A stretch of 64,000 nucleotides of DNA from Camelus dromedarius (Eukaryota): positions 36,644,001 to 36,708,000 of the forward strand of contig NC_087436.1 of NCBI RefSeq assembly GCF_036321535.1, in the 5' to 3' direction. A program made the translations under genes and the position numbers. This document shows positions 13,701 through 28,700 of this stretch, piece after piece. The notes under the pieces are model-generated. The model did not search any database and was not told the DNA's origin. It was given only the letters and a program-made list of their open reading frames with translations. Each line of letters starts with the position of its first letter. The stretch's first letter is position 1.

Positions 13701-16700
13701 AGTAAATATACTTATTCAAACATTTATTGGCCACCTACTCTGTGTACTGCGTTAGGTTACAGCTGTAAATAAAAACAACAAAATTATGGCTCTCATGAAG
13801 CTTACATTTGAATGAATTAGCAAATCAGATATACTCAATCAGTTTTACTATAATACATGCCCTATGATTAGTATAAAGATTAAAATTTCTGGCAAGAATT
13901 AGTTAATAAATAGGTTAAAGAGAAAATAGGCCCTAATTGAAGTTGAATTTTATAAAGCAAACATGGATTGAAAAATCCTTATGAATAAGGCAAAAGGTCC
14001 AACATTTGTCTATTTGAAAGCATTCATATTTTGATCAAAAATTAAAAGCAAAACAGAGTTAGCAATCTCTTCTTAAGTGAGAAGTCACATAAAGTCTAAG
14101 TTGCACTGGGCACTTTTATTTTGTATAGAGTAGTACCAAATGGGCAAAGGTGATTTCACAAGCATCTATTTCAGGCCATAATAAAACAGGCACCTCTCAG
14201 AGAGATGCAACTTTAGATTCCTTCAAATGTTTGTAATTAACTGCATTCTGAGTAAACCTGGGATTATGTTCTTTCCCAATTACAAACTTTATACCTATAT
14301 AATAGCTAATATTAGTAAGGAGTTATGCAATACATTGCATTAGGTTTGTTTTCTTTTCTGTCAAATTAAGTGTTAATAATAGCATTGCTAAACTAGAATT
14401 TGGGACACTATTTTTCAGAGTAGAAAGCACAAATGAAATACACTTTATAACCTATCTTTTAGTAAATAAGTATTTGACTTCTAGAATCTTGTATACTGTT
14501 TTTTGGGGACGCTTGTTTTTCACATTCTGAAATCCCAACTCCTAGAGAGGCACTAGGGTAAGCAGGGTCTAAAGAAGATAAATCAGCCTTAAATATGCCT
14601 TACAGAGCTGTAACATTCTAGCAAAGAAGCCAAAGAGCATTCTTGTAGATGCTTCATAGTCTAGAGACTAAAATTTATAAAACAAATAGTTGGCTAATTG
14701 AATTTTGATAAGGTTGCAATTGTTTCTACAAACTGATGAAGTAAGCTGGCAGCACAGTGTGGGACCCCTCCATCTCGCATTGGATAGTCCGGAGACTGAC
14801 GGACAATGATTTAATCTCTCTAACCTCAATTTTCTCCTGTATCAAATTAGGATGATAACAAATGTCGTGCTTACCACAAATCAAATGAAAACATTTTTCC
14901 AAATGTTTTTTAAACTTGTGACAGCTGCACAGATATAAAGTGAAAAAATTATGATGGAATCAGATATGCTGGCTTTCCACTTCCCTTAGTAAAGAAATTA
15001 GTCTGTGATTCTAACTGTAATTATTTTATCATTACTCTAAAGTTTGTTTAAGGTTGTTTCTACCCCTTTAGAATGAGAATTTAACTACCTCAAAGAATTG
15101 ATTTAAGGACTGTACAAGCCAACACATATAAAGGCCTTGACAAATGTTAGATGCCATTAGTTTTATAATCAAATGAATCACGAAAATATTGCACAGATAG
15201 ATGTAAAACCCAATGTAAGAAATATAAATTCAAAGAAAACTAAAACAAAAAAAAATGTTTAAATAAAACTATTAAGGAGAGAGACATACATATGTATATG
15301 TACACACACACACACACACCAGATTAAGTATAAAATTCTGTAAGAATAAATGATTTGATGACTTGTCTTAAAAATTTGGATTACTACACATTTTGGTACA
15401 CCTAAAGCATCAAGACTCCTAAATTACAAAGAGTAAGAAAACTAAAAACTGAACTTACTTCGGCCACACAACGCAGATAATTTCCCTGTAAATAGTACCC
15501 TTGTTTAGAAGGCAGTTCATCTATACTCCACACCTGATCTGAATAACTGTCATGCTCCTCCATTATATATTTCCCTGACATAGTAACAGGAGGAAGGTTA
15601 AGACTAGCAGAAGGTGGAATGGTTGACATATCTGTGGCAGAAACTTTTGAAGTAAAACGCAGTCTGTGATTTGGCAGCTCAAATGTAAACCTGGTCTGTG
15701 CACCTGTAAGAAATAAGAAAAGTAACTGTTTATTTTTTCAATACCTTACTCTGTTCCATAGATGGAGTCTAAGAAAAATGTATGCTTTTCCCAAAAACTA
15801 TGTTGAAATATTTAAGAAGGATATTTTAAATTTGCTTATAAAATATTACCTATCTTTAAATATATGTATGGTTACTATAAAGAATCATGCAGTATTATTA
15901 AGCCAGCAGGTATCATTATGAACAGCATTGTGTTAGGTGCTAGAGAAACACTTACAAATGTTCTCTTTACTTCACAGAAGGTAGAACAGAAAGAAATTGA
16001 GCTTATTACCAAAAAAAAAGTTAAAACAAGAGTGCAAAAAAAAAAAACCCAAAACCCTAATTCACAGAGTGTTTTATTCACAGAAAACAGTTAGCAGTTA
16101 ATAATTTGCCTCCTGATCCTGATTCAGTATGGAAGGAAAGTGAAATTGTCAAGTCAAATCACACTCACTGAAAATATTCATCAAGTATAAAATTATACAA
16201 ACACACGTATCTTTCACCTTAGCAATAATTAATAATGGCGCTATATTCCAAATAAGGATATGGTATGAGTCTTAGTTTACTATTGGTTCTAAACACTTAA
16301 ATCAACAGTTTGGCATGTAGTTGTTCAAACAATTATAAATACACAACCTGTACTATTATTCAGGCAATATTCCTCCAACTATTCATGAGAGCATTAAAGA
16401 GTAGCAGAAACCTTATTAAAATCAAGATCTCTTATTGCCCGTTACATATACTGTCTAAGATATAGGCTCATGTTCCTTTCCAACCAACAAAATCTACTGA
16501 TGTTGTTTGCACATACCAATTCTCTCCACTCAAACGTCATTAAATAGCCTATTTTGCCTATATTTGTAATTTATTATATATTCCTGGTATTCTCAATTGT
16601 GCCAGAAATAATTCTTTTTTTCAAAATACTAAAGATCATCTCTATATGTCACATTCACTGTACTCACTCAGTATACAATATTTATACTTGGAATGAGTTT

Positions 16701-19700
16701 ATCTATAAACAGAAAAAAGCTCTCTCAGCAACTCGTGCAACTGTGAAAGGCCAGACAGGTCATGACTGCTCTGATCTCCTCTCACTCATTACTCCAGTCC
16801 AGCAGACTCACTGACTGTGGCTTGCAGGCTGCAAGGGGTGAGGACTGTCTACCACAGTAGCTACCACCACTGTTTCTACCACCAGCATTACCAAATTAAA
16901 AACACAAGGCTGAAGTACTTCTAGGCCTCAGGTCATCCCTTATTACTAGTGCAGTCATTCATTTAGTATTTTTGTCCCTTTCCTTCATATCCAGAAGAAT
17001 TATGTGTTCTTATCTGTCTGGATATTTGACAATGCTTTCTTTGCTCCTAAATATTTATATCTCCCTAGTTCTAAACTGCAGATTTGACTTCTGACCTGCT
17101 GCTTCTGTTGACTCTTGTATTTCATGGATGCCCTGAATAACTGACCACGATGAGTTCGACACTGTTAGCCCAGTATCTGAAAGCCCAACACTTCTGACAC
17201 TGCCAAATAGGGAAATTTACTTAGAGTGCTTCTGCTTCTGGTAACAAAAAGATCTACATGTTCAGAAAATCCCTCTTAATAAAGAAAACCTAAGATGCTA
17301 GGGGGTAGGCAAAAATACATACATATATGTATGTATTTATATATGTATGTGTATGTATTCACATATACATATATATATGACTTAAAAAATGATTAATGTA
17401 ATTTATCATGTTAACAGAATAAAGGAGAAAAATATTTTAATTTCAATGGATGCAGAAAAAAGTATCCAATAACAAGTATTCACCAATTATTCATAGAAAC
17501 TCTTAGCACACTAAGAATAAAGGTATATACTTTAAAGTATAATAAAAGTATATTCTTTACCTGATAAAAATAACCCAGCAAAAACCTACAGCAAATACCA
17601 TATTTACTCGTGAAATATTAATTCTCTTAAAAAATGGGAGTAAGACAAGCATGCCCAAAATACCCCTTTTATTGAACACTGTAGTAGAGGCACAGTAAGG
17701 AAAAGAAACAAAAAGGCATAAAGACTGGAAAGGCAGAAACAAAAATATTATTTGCATATAGTATGAATATCTACTTAGAAAACTCCAGAAATTCTTCTTA
17801 GCAATAATAGAGTAGCACAACATGGCTGCTGAATATAAGATTAACATAAAAGGATCAAGCACACTTGTACACACCACCACTAGTTTAAGATGCCATTTTA
17901 CAAAATATACTATTTGTAATAACAACAACAAGATACCTAGGTATCTAAAGAGATACATCTTGCAACAGATACACAAAAACCGTAAGTTGAAAAATTTTAA
18001 AACTTGTAGACAAACATAGGTCTTCTTCAAGACCTAAAGAAACAGAGAAGTAGACATTCAGGAAAAAGAGGGTTAAATACAATATCAATTCTCAATATCA
18101 ATCAATATTTTCAACTCTTCCCCAAGTAAGTCTGCATATTCAATTAAATGTCTATAAAAATCAAAACAGGCTTTTTTCAGGGAACTTGGCATACTGATTC
18201 TAAAAGGTATTTGAGGGAGCAAAAAAGCCAAAAATAACCAGGACAAGTTCTAAAAAAAAGGAAAAGTCAGGTATTGATATGACACTGGTACAAACAGGCA
18301 TAATAGAGATCTCTGAAATAGACTCCCACATACATAAACACTTAATGGATTACAAAGTCGGATTATCTATCACTGGAAAAAGAACAGACGAGTCAAAAAA
18401 TGATGCCAAGATAACTGGTTATGCATACAATTCCAAACCACATTAAAGAAAAAAATAGTCAATTCCATACAGATTAGGAACTTAATATGAAAAGCAAAAC
18501 TTCAAAATATTTATCATTAAACATAAGAGAATATATTCATGATCCTGGGAGCAGAAGGATTTCTTCAAGACATAAAAACACACAGTAAAACAAGAAAATA
18601 TTGGTAAATTCAATTACATTAAAATTAAGAGTTACCTGTAGATTAAAAAAAAATGTGAAATAAACTTCCAACTGGGTGACAATGTATGTTGAATATATTA
18701 ACACCAAAGGTTTAATATACAAAATGTACAAAGAATTCCTGTAAACCAAGAAAAATTCAAATGACTTGATACAATGGGCAAAAAACAAGTAAGAACCATC
18801 AACAGGTGTTTCATATAAGAAAACATATAAGGACCTCTTTATCACATTTAAAAATTCAGCTCCATTAATAATTACAGAAACATGAATTAAAACTACAATG
18901 AGACACCATTCCACATTTACCAGAGAAGCAAGAATTTAAAAGTCAGATAATAACAAGTGTTGGTAAGGACATGGAACAGTGGAAACTCTCATCTAATACT
19001 GGTGGGAGAGTAAATACTGGTGGACGCAAGCACTATGGAAAACAATTTTACATTTCCTGGTAAAACTGCAGGTGCATTTACCCTACAATCTAAACTGTAT
19101 CACTCCTAAGTAAATACCCTTGAGAAACTCTTGCACATGTGCACCAGAACAAATTTAATAGCAAAAAAGTAAAATGAGCCAAAGCTCCATCAACAGCAGA
19201 ATGGATAAATAAACTGTGATATAATCATTTAAATGGACTAATTTCAGGGAAAAATGAATGAACCAAAGACACATGAATGAATACAGATGAATCTCAAACA
19301 AAATGTACAACAAAAAAAATTCCAAGTTAAAAAATACATTAGTGGAACTCCATATGAATGTTTAAAAGAGGCAACAGCAAACAAAGTCATTTATGAGTAT
19401 GTGCATATGTGGTAAAACTATAAAGAAAAGCAAAGGAATGGGTAACACAAAATACCTGACAGTGGTTATTCACCAGGCAATCATGGGAAATTTTATCTGA
19501 TAATGAAAATATTCCTTGAAAGAGTCTTCAAACAACTGATAATGTTTTAATTCTTAGGTTGTGTAATAGGTTGGTGAATTTACAGTTCTTTAAACTGTGT
19601 GTATATAATTGACACACTTTTGTATATGATACATTTCAGAATAAAAATGCAAAGTGCTTTTGGAGAGGATATATAAGGATCACAAAATCTGATAAAAGTA

Positions 19701-22700
19701 GCTATTTTGAAAAAGTCAAACATCTCTGATCTGAGCAAAATGCACTCAATGTGAAAATAAACCAAGTTATTTAGTCTATAAGAATCTAACAGATGTAGAA
19801 ATTTATTCAACTTAAGTTTAAGTTGGAAATGGTCTCAACAGTGGATAACTCCAAAGAGTTCAAAAGAAAGCAGGGTCCATGCTGGTCATTCAAGGAAATG
19901 GACTGATACTTTTAAGAACATCATTAATGAAGTTTAAAAGTGTTTTGATTAAAATTATCTAAATTTTCATATAAAATCAATAAAACCAAATTTACCTTTC
20001 ACCAAAATATTACTAATTTCTGAAACCAGTCAGAAATTTTAAGAATGAATTCCAAATTCAACGCTACCTGTCATTCCATGACTTCGCATTCTTCCCATCT
20101 TGTATTCTGCTTTCAGAGATGGTAAAAGTGCTGCTCCGATGGCTATCCCATCTAACATGGCACTGAATTTAAGGACAATAGGCTTCTTTTCTAAACCTTC
20201 TGGTAGCTGAGGAAATTCATTTGTTTCAACAGGAGTTTGATTAACACTTGTTGGGGTTTTTTCAGAAGGTAGTGGGGTTGCAATATCTTCTTTTACAGGT
20301 TGTGGGCTATAAAGCAAAAAAAATTTTTTTAAAAAGACAATTAGAGCAGCTACTAATAAAATTTAAATTGTATAAAAAACAAAAACTGTGTAAAACTAGA
20401 ATTCTCAATAAAAAATAGCAAAAATAAACTGAACAGATGTTTTCTTTCCAATAGCAGATCATACTGACTTCCTCAAAACAGCCACTGAAAAATGATGATG
20501 TAGAAAAAAGTAAACAAGAAGTCATCATAACAATATAAACTGGAATGTTATACTGCCAAGGCCACTCATATCACTAATGTGAAACTGAAGTTTAAACTCA
20601 CATTTGTCTGACTCCAAATTCCATGACTTAACCAGTATGCACTCTACCGTGGATTGTAACATTATTACTACTATTGCCACTACTATTACTACCAGTACAA
20701 ATAATACCACCACCAACACCAACAGTAATTATGCAAGTGCTTACTATGTGCCAGGTACTGTTCTTAGTGCATTTTATATCATTTATATTCATCCCGCAAA
20801 ACCCTGTGAGTTGGTACTGTTATCTCCATTTTATAAATGAGGAAGCATAGCTAGAAAGTGGTGAAATTAGATTTGAACTCAGTCAGTCCGACTCCAGAGT
20901 GATTTTTTTTTAACCACTCCACTTTACTGCTAATATGTTCTAATAAGGAAAAATTCCCTAGAGTATTTTATAACTAAGGCTCATGTACACATCCTGGATT
21001 CCACATTCCATTGAAAGGAGAAGCATATTTAAATTATTACTACTTTGTCAAACAACCATGAATTAATATTTTATCAAAAGCAAAGCTCTAGATAGAACAA
21101 TTGGAAAAACCACTGCTTTACGACACCATCAAAAAATGCACTAATGTTTTTCTACCTTATGGGATGGGAAAGAGGAAACATAACAAGACAAATTTTTACC
21201 TGTTACTTATATTCTTATTAGTTATTCATTTAGTTACAGCTTTGGAGACCAGGAATAAAACTCAGCAATGCAGACCCAGGGAATAAAGGTTACTGTGCAA
21301 ATGTCCAATTTACTGCCTTTAAAGTATTTATATAGCATAATCAAATCCTGCCTTGAACCATGTACAATATTTCATACAGACAGCACAAAACCATGCATAG
21401 GGCATAAATGTCCACTGCAATTTTATAAACCTATGCAGTCACAAATTTCAATGAGTTTGAAGCACATAAGGATTGATATAGTCCTAGAATTTATCAGTTT
21501 GTTTTTTATTAGTACCTTTTATGAGGTCCACAAATCTCTTAAGCTTTACTGATGTGATATCAAAAACTGACTTCATTCATGAGAGAGTACTTTAATAATA
21601 TCCAACACGATTCTCCTACAACCATGTTTAGCTACTTTCAACCTCCTCCACTATCCATAATGGTCACTATTTAGATTTAAACCCTCTGTCTTCCTCCAAA
21701 CTATTGTTAACACAGCAAAGAATGACATAAAATACTACACAGAATCACAGAACTTAAGTAAATAACTTACGCTGTGGAAGGCTGTCTGATGAGATCGGAG
21801 ATCTGCTTAGACAGTTGGTGAGAACTCCGGACCATCATGCTGTGTAGGGTGGCCGGGTGCTGGGGAATGTTGATGCTGATAGCTCCTACTTTGAACACGG
21901 CGGCATTGTTAGTCTTCAGCCCTCTCTGGGCACTGTACAGGGCTTGGGACTTGGCAATACTACATTTCACTACAGTTCTAGCAATGGAGAAGGAGGATCA
22001 TTAAAATATGGCCAAGTAAAGAGAAATTTTGAAAAAATATTTTGAGAGCAAGACAAATGCTTTTAAATCATTCAATGAAGTAAATGACTTAAGATTTTTC
22101 ATGCATTTAAAGCATACTGAAGAAAAAATATTTTCTAAAAATATTTAAATACATTTTATGCTGTTTGTACTAAATATTATTCTATTTCCTAGAGTTTACA
22201 GAAGAATGCATGTATGGGCTGACATGTAAGAGAATGAACACTGACATATTACACATACACAACACACAAAATTCCATTTTGTTTTTCTCCCCCATTCAGA
22301 ACTCCTCTTTTCTTCAATTTATCTTAGGGATCTGTACAACCCCTAAAAAGTATAGACAGGGAAGATTGAAAGAAAAAAAAACTCACTAGACTTCTTAAAA
22401 TCTAATCAGCCAAAGAAATTAATCTAACAATTATCTAACACATTAAAAGAAATTAATACGAAGGAAGAAATTTAACTTGCATTTTCCATTTTTTTTAATT
22501 TTCAGAGAGTGGCAAAGAAATGACAGAAGTCTAATTCGTAATGAGTAGCTACTACTTAATTAAAAATTTGTAGGCTTTACTGGTACAGATATAAAGCAGA
22601 AATATTGTCTTTCTTGATTTCATGTTCTTTCTTTCCAGTGCTTAGAACAGTATGTTGAACATCACAGACACTCAATGAATTTTGTTAAATGAATGAGCAG

Positions 22701-25700
22701 AAATAAGTACAGCAGAAGAACAACTCAACACTACAACCTTGGAATTCCACAGATAGCATGTGATAAAGCATATAGGTAAAAGCCATGATGAAGCAGTCTT
22801 GACATACAGTGGAAAAGGTTCATGTCAATGAACTGTACTATTAAAGGCCAGACAGTAGAAGGATAGCTTTTAACATAAATGTTATCTTTCAAATGGGCAA
22901 AGGATGCTTGACAAGAGATTTAGCAACACACACAAAATGCAAATTTCATATTAACTATATGTCAGCTCACATTTATCTCTACTTAGGCTACAGAGGATTC
23001 ACAAATAATTTATTTACAGTCTCAAGTATCTAAGGAATCAGTTCATTACATTTAACTTCCATTAGAATAAACCTCGAGAAGTGTAAGTGGTTCTATCAGA
23101 AGTCCTGATTATTTACAGACAGGGAAATCCAGGTATTATACAAAATTCAAAAATGATAAATTACTAGAGAACTATATTTGCTTTCTTATGCAAAGAAAAC
23201 TATTTCTCAGAAACAAACACTAACTAGAAAAAGAAAAAAGTAATCTATAGAACTGTTCTAGCAAGCATGAAGGTAGATTCTGGGATTCTGATTAGTTACT
23301 GAATTTTGAATCTTAACTATTTTAGTAAATAAAGCTACTGTTTATCATCAGTGAGATTCCATCTTAAATTCAATCTCAATATGAGCCAGAACACTTAGAT
23401 GGTGCTGAAATGCAAAGGGCTTTTTACAAAACTATGAACAATATCCACAAACTGAATGAAACTAAACATACATTTTCCAAGAAGTACTGTTATCATGACA
23501 GTCAAGAAACTGTACACTTATCTCTCTATTTTACCTTTATAATCTATAGAAGTCTGCTTAAATATTAATTTTGATTATATAAGTACACAGACAACCCTCG
23601 ATTTTCAATATACACCAAATGTCAGAATAGAAAGCTATGGGGCTGTCACTGCCCTCCTAGTGTAGGTCCTACTGTGGTATCAACAGTGGAAATTTGTACG
23701 TTATGGACTTGGGGGTTCTGTGTTGCTCAGCTCCAGAGGGCAATATTCACACTGTAGGTTATGTAAATGACGCCCATGACTACAACATGAATAATGTTCC
23801 TCGGAGCTAGTCCTACACTGATCAAACTGAGCCAGACACTGTAGAGGATGTCTGATTAACTCTTGTCAACCTGTACATGTTAAAGATGTAAGGAGACCCA
23901 GAATGAGGACATCAACAATTTACAAGCTGCCAATATGAGTTATCTATTCACAATTTTATTTTAATTCTTGAAATAGTTGTCACTTAATCTAGATCATAAA
24001 ACATGTAGTATATATAAGACTTTCATACAAGAAAGAATGGGTCAAATCTCTCTAAAGAGAAGAACATAAGAACTTATAGCATGCCAGGCATGCCTCATAT
24101 ATGTAAAAAGTTCATGGCAAGTGACCAAGAATTGTGTTTCAAGAATTCATTGACAGTGGTGGTCTATTTGACAAGGTTCTGCTAGGTCCACTGTGAACCT
24201 AAGTTACAATGGCTGCAGTGCCTAACAGGTCAAGGACTTTCCCTATCTTTTTCTTCCTATGTCCAGGCAATAGGGCCTTAAAGGTAGGCCAGCTTTGTAT
24301 GCATCAGGTTAAGTGAAGGATTTGAGAATTTACTTTGAGGCTTTATTATTTCTACTCTGTCTCCACCCCTACTCCACCTACTTTAGCAGACAGGGCCAAA
24401 TTTCAGAGGCAGGGAGAGGAAGTAAACTAGTTTATGCCCCCTGGCCAATGCTGCCTGCCTCAATTCAGTTTTGCCTGAAAATCTCTGCAGAGGCAGGGAC
24501 AGAGAGTGTTGTGATCACGTGTTATTTAGTTAACTATTAAAAATCATTCAAACTTTCTTTCTCAACTTATATGTCACCTCTGTCAGCAGGAAGCCCTAAA
24601 AAAGGAGGGAGTAGGCCTCTAAGTGATATCACGACAGGGACCACTTCTCATTTGCTTACTGTTGTATCTCTGAAACCTAACACAGTGTGCAGGCCATACT
24701 ATCTATGTAGCCTAATAACCTAATTTGTTGAGTGGATGAAGATCTGATCTTCAGCCATTAAAAAGCATCCCCTCTAAAGTCATATAGTATTAATTTTTAT
24801 ACATATATGTATCCAGAGAACTCAGTGATAAAAAGAAGAGAAACAATAAATCTTCTCTAGCTACTATGACTACTGAAGGGGAATTAAGTACTTTTTCTAT
24901 ACCTGTTAAGATAATACTAAAATGGAAGAGTGATTTCCAAAAAACAATCAATTTTCTAATTTAATACTAGTGAATTTATTCTTTTTTCGTACTTCTAGTT
25001 GGCTGATTAAGTGATATAGATCACAGATAATCCCAACAAAGGGGTGTTGATTGATGGTCTGTTATCAATACACAATGAAACAAATCTCACCAGGTATTGA
25101 TAATCTTACCAGCCTGGAATAAATATACAGATTCATCTATTTATTCAGCATATTCAAATTTTATAGAAAATGTCCAGAGAAATAATCAGTGTTCAACACA
25201 CACTACAGTGTTACAGTCTTTCAATGGCATAACAAACTGTGAATTACCAAAAAGATTGTCCTTACCTGTGTGTTTTCCTTGAATATCAATAAGCTTTAAT
25301 CTATAAAAGGATCTATATTAAAGCTATAGCATAATAACTAACTACATACATTCACAGCCATGCAGCTAATCTAAATATTTTATCTTCAAAACTATTCAAT
25401 ACTATGTTAATCACAAAGCCCATGAAAAAGAGTAATAATGACATACAGAAACTCTTGTTTGGCTGTGCTTGTAGGAGATGTAGGAAAATCCTCCAGTCTA
25501 CAGATGAAGATTCAAGAGAAAGCAGGAAAACAAAAAGGAAGCAAAGAAACAATCATGCATAAATTAGTTACAATATGACCAATCATCTGGAAAGCTTTTA
25601 TTTCCCATAGTTAAAATTTTCCCTCAAAGAATCTTTTCAACTATATTTTTGTAAGTTCCGTTTCCTTCTAATTGAAACTGCAAATGAAAAGCCAAAGAAT

Positions 25701-28700
25701 AAATCCAGAAAGTCTTAACATTACTAGAGTTTGGCAGTGAGTAATTAATAACTTTTATTTTTTTAATGAAAAAAAACTAATACTTTTTTAAAAATCTGTT
25801 TTATAAATATTATGTTTTACAAATTTATAGACTATTTGAAGCCCTTTTTTTAAGAGCTAATCGATAATGGAGATAAAGAGATTCAAGAGGATAGAGTAAA
25901 AAACACATGAGACACCTAAAGAAATCTGTTCTTTTGAATAGGTAACCATAATACTTTAAATTTAGGTCAACAAAAGAATCATGAAATCCATGGTCTGTGA
26001 TGACTGTCTGCAGAAGCATTATGGCAAGGTGAAAAAAGCACAGGTTCAGGCATCTCTTCTTACTGACTGTGATTTTAACCATTTTGGGAAAACACCTGAT
26101 CATTCTGAATCTCAATTTATTGCTTTGTAAAGTGGAGATAAAACAACTCCAGTTAACAGGATTGTGTTGAGGATTTAAAAAAATAATGTATGTGAGGCTC
26201 CTGGTCCACAGTAGATATTTCTTTAGATTATAATTACTGCATAATAATACCTCTCCTCCCACAGTGAATGATCAGAAAAGATCTTGACTCTCACAACTCC
26301 TGGAATTTTCTGGTCTTTAGAAAGACAGCTTAGGAAATGCAATCTGGACCAGCTAGGCAGCTATAATGAAATGTACTCTTTGGCTCTTATAGGTCCCAAC
26401 CACTCCAGCAAGACTTAAACACCCATTTCAGGAACTGTTCCCCAAGACAATCACCACATTATCCATGTTTGAAATACAATGAATAGACCTGAAACAAGTC
26501 AATATACAACTAATATTTAATTTTTCTGATGTTGAATTTAGTCAATATTTAACATGATCAAGGCTTTTATAGGATGGCAGTAGGACATTAACCAGTTATA
26601 ATATTAAGAATGAGAAAATTCTTAAAATCTGACCTAAATTATCAAAATACATTTTGTAGTTAAAGCACGAAACTGCTCCACTGAAAGGATGTGAGGAATG
26701 AAAGTATATACTCCCAAGTGTATGAACAAAGTCAGTGGCTAAATATATTGACAACAGATTGCTGATCTAAATATCACATATAAAGGTAATTATTATCAGA
26801 ACAATTTTGGACAGATCCAAGAATAGAACTTATAAAGAAAAGGTGAGAGCAGAGTCAAAAGAAAAGCAGTATGGAATGGTACGCTCACTATAGAAAGCTT
26901 ACCTATACTATTAGAAAAGTCTCTTAGGCTTTATTGTTAAATTCTCTAATTAAAAAAATGACAAGAGGAAGTTTTGAAACTCAGCATGAATATGGGTAAT
27001 GATTAGTTAACATAAAATCAAGGGTCTCTAATCTCTGACTATAATTTTGTTTTACTTAACTATTTGAATTTTGTGAGCTTTTGCATCTTATATGTTTAAC
27101 TGAAGTTTGCACTGTAATCATTTTTCTTGTTATGCAATCTTAAATTGTACTGGGAGTCAGTTTTTTAGCATGGTAGGGGAGGTAATAAACTAGTTTTAGA
27201 AAGGGAAGAAATGTTTTCTGAAAACATTTCATTTGGTGATATTCTCAATGACAATCAAAGTATGTAAGAATATTATGTATGTAAATCTCAGAACTAAATG
27301 GGATTTAGCCAGTGAATTTTAAGTTATAAAACTGTAACAAATAAGTTTAAGAAAATAATAAACATACTTACTGTATATTTGGTGTAATCCCTTCAAGCAG
27401 CACAATATTAACCCCACCAATATGAGCAGTGGCACATGTCTCAGTCATCTTTTGATGTAAAACATCTTAAATGTGAGAAGAAATAATTATGTGAATTCTG
27501 GAAATCGGATAACTGCACTTCATATTAAAATTACATTTTATTTATAATACATTTACTAACAAAACATAATTTAAAGTTATAAAATTTAAATGATTTTGTA
27601 ACTACTTTTTAAAAATTTCCTTGAAGTTTTTTATTTCTGTGTATTCATATATACATATCTATTATATGTCAAAACTGGAATAATGCTAAATACATAGTTT
27701 AACATGCCACTCATGCATTTAAAGAGCCTAATGAAATTAAACAGCCTAATGATATTTTAAATCTCAGAAGTAATACTTAGTGTAGAATACTTAGAAAAAT
27801 TTAAAAAACATTAAGAATAGGAAAAAGAAACTATACAAACTAGCACTCCTGATCCATACAAATGGGAAGTGCCATTTTCTGAAGAAAAATTGCCAAGCAG
27901 GAATTTTGGAGACATGGCATTGGCTTTCTTCCGAAAAGCAGCACTACAGTGTTAGAACATCATCCTACCTTTCATTTTTTCCTTAAGTGTGAAACTGCCA
28001 TGGATCCTCTTCAGTTCTGATTCCATTGTTAGCCCGCCAATGTCTGCCTCCAGGTGCGTGCGGTTCACCATGCCAATCCCAAACACTATTAGAGTAACAT
28101 GCTGAGGCTCAGAAGTTACCAAGCTACGTTTCCTCTGCGTCTTAGTCAAACTGTTACTGTCTTGTTCGTTTTCAAACACAACTTTACATGTTGGTTCTGT
28201 AGGGCTCCGAACTCCTTTGTAAGTAAATGGAAATATGTGGGTTTAGATACAAAAACTGCAAAAAGGAAGGACATTCCAAACATTGTCTAAACTTAAACCA
28301 GCCCTCTCAATCCTCTTCCCCACCAAAATGATTGTTTAAAATGTTTCAACATTTCCCCATGGTCATATTTGAAAATAAATAGCAGTCAGATATTTGAAAG
28401 CATCTGAAAGCATTTGAAAGGTCTGTTGGAATTCTTTAAGAGCATACTGTGTAAGGGTTAGGAAGGATGGGAAGAGGGTAGCAGAATATCTAATCACCGT
28501 TACTATCTTCTCTCCTGAGTGACTGCCAATTTCTCTGCATTTCAATTATCCAGTTACAACATTAAGAAAACAATGACAAATAACCTGCCTTTCTTAGTAT
28601 TATTGCTATTCTAAACAGAAATTTTTTTAAATATAAAAATATCCATTACCTGCTGGTCCAAATGTTTCTGAAGATTTTTCCAATATTCCTGTTGGATCAG

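Noticed and set aside
17557..18914. Long hydrophobic minus-strand ORFs (157 aa and 125 aa)
   Set aside because: Antisense of A-rich old L1 sequence; hydrophobicity is a compositional artefact.
21771..21977. Exon 27 has more CpG and GC-ending codons than neighbouring exons
   Set aside because: Too short to interpret without an alignment; not a CpG island.
25110..25136. Donor CTG|GTAAGA with possible 4-nt or 27-nt microexons
   Set aside because: The combinations I tried give a frameshift or an immediate stop and the acceptors are weak; likely chance.
25825..26262. 145-aa minus-strand ORF
   Set aside because: It overlaps a MIR, resembles no protein I recognise, and I found no supporting splice model.
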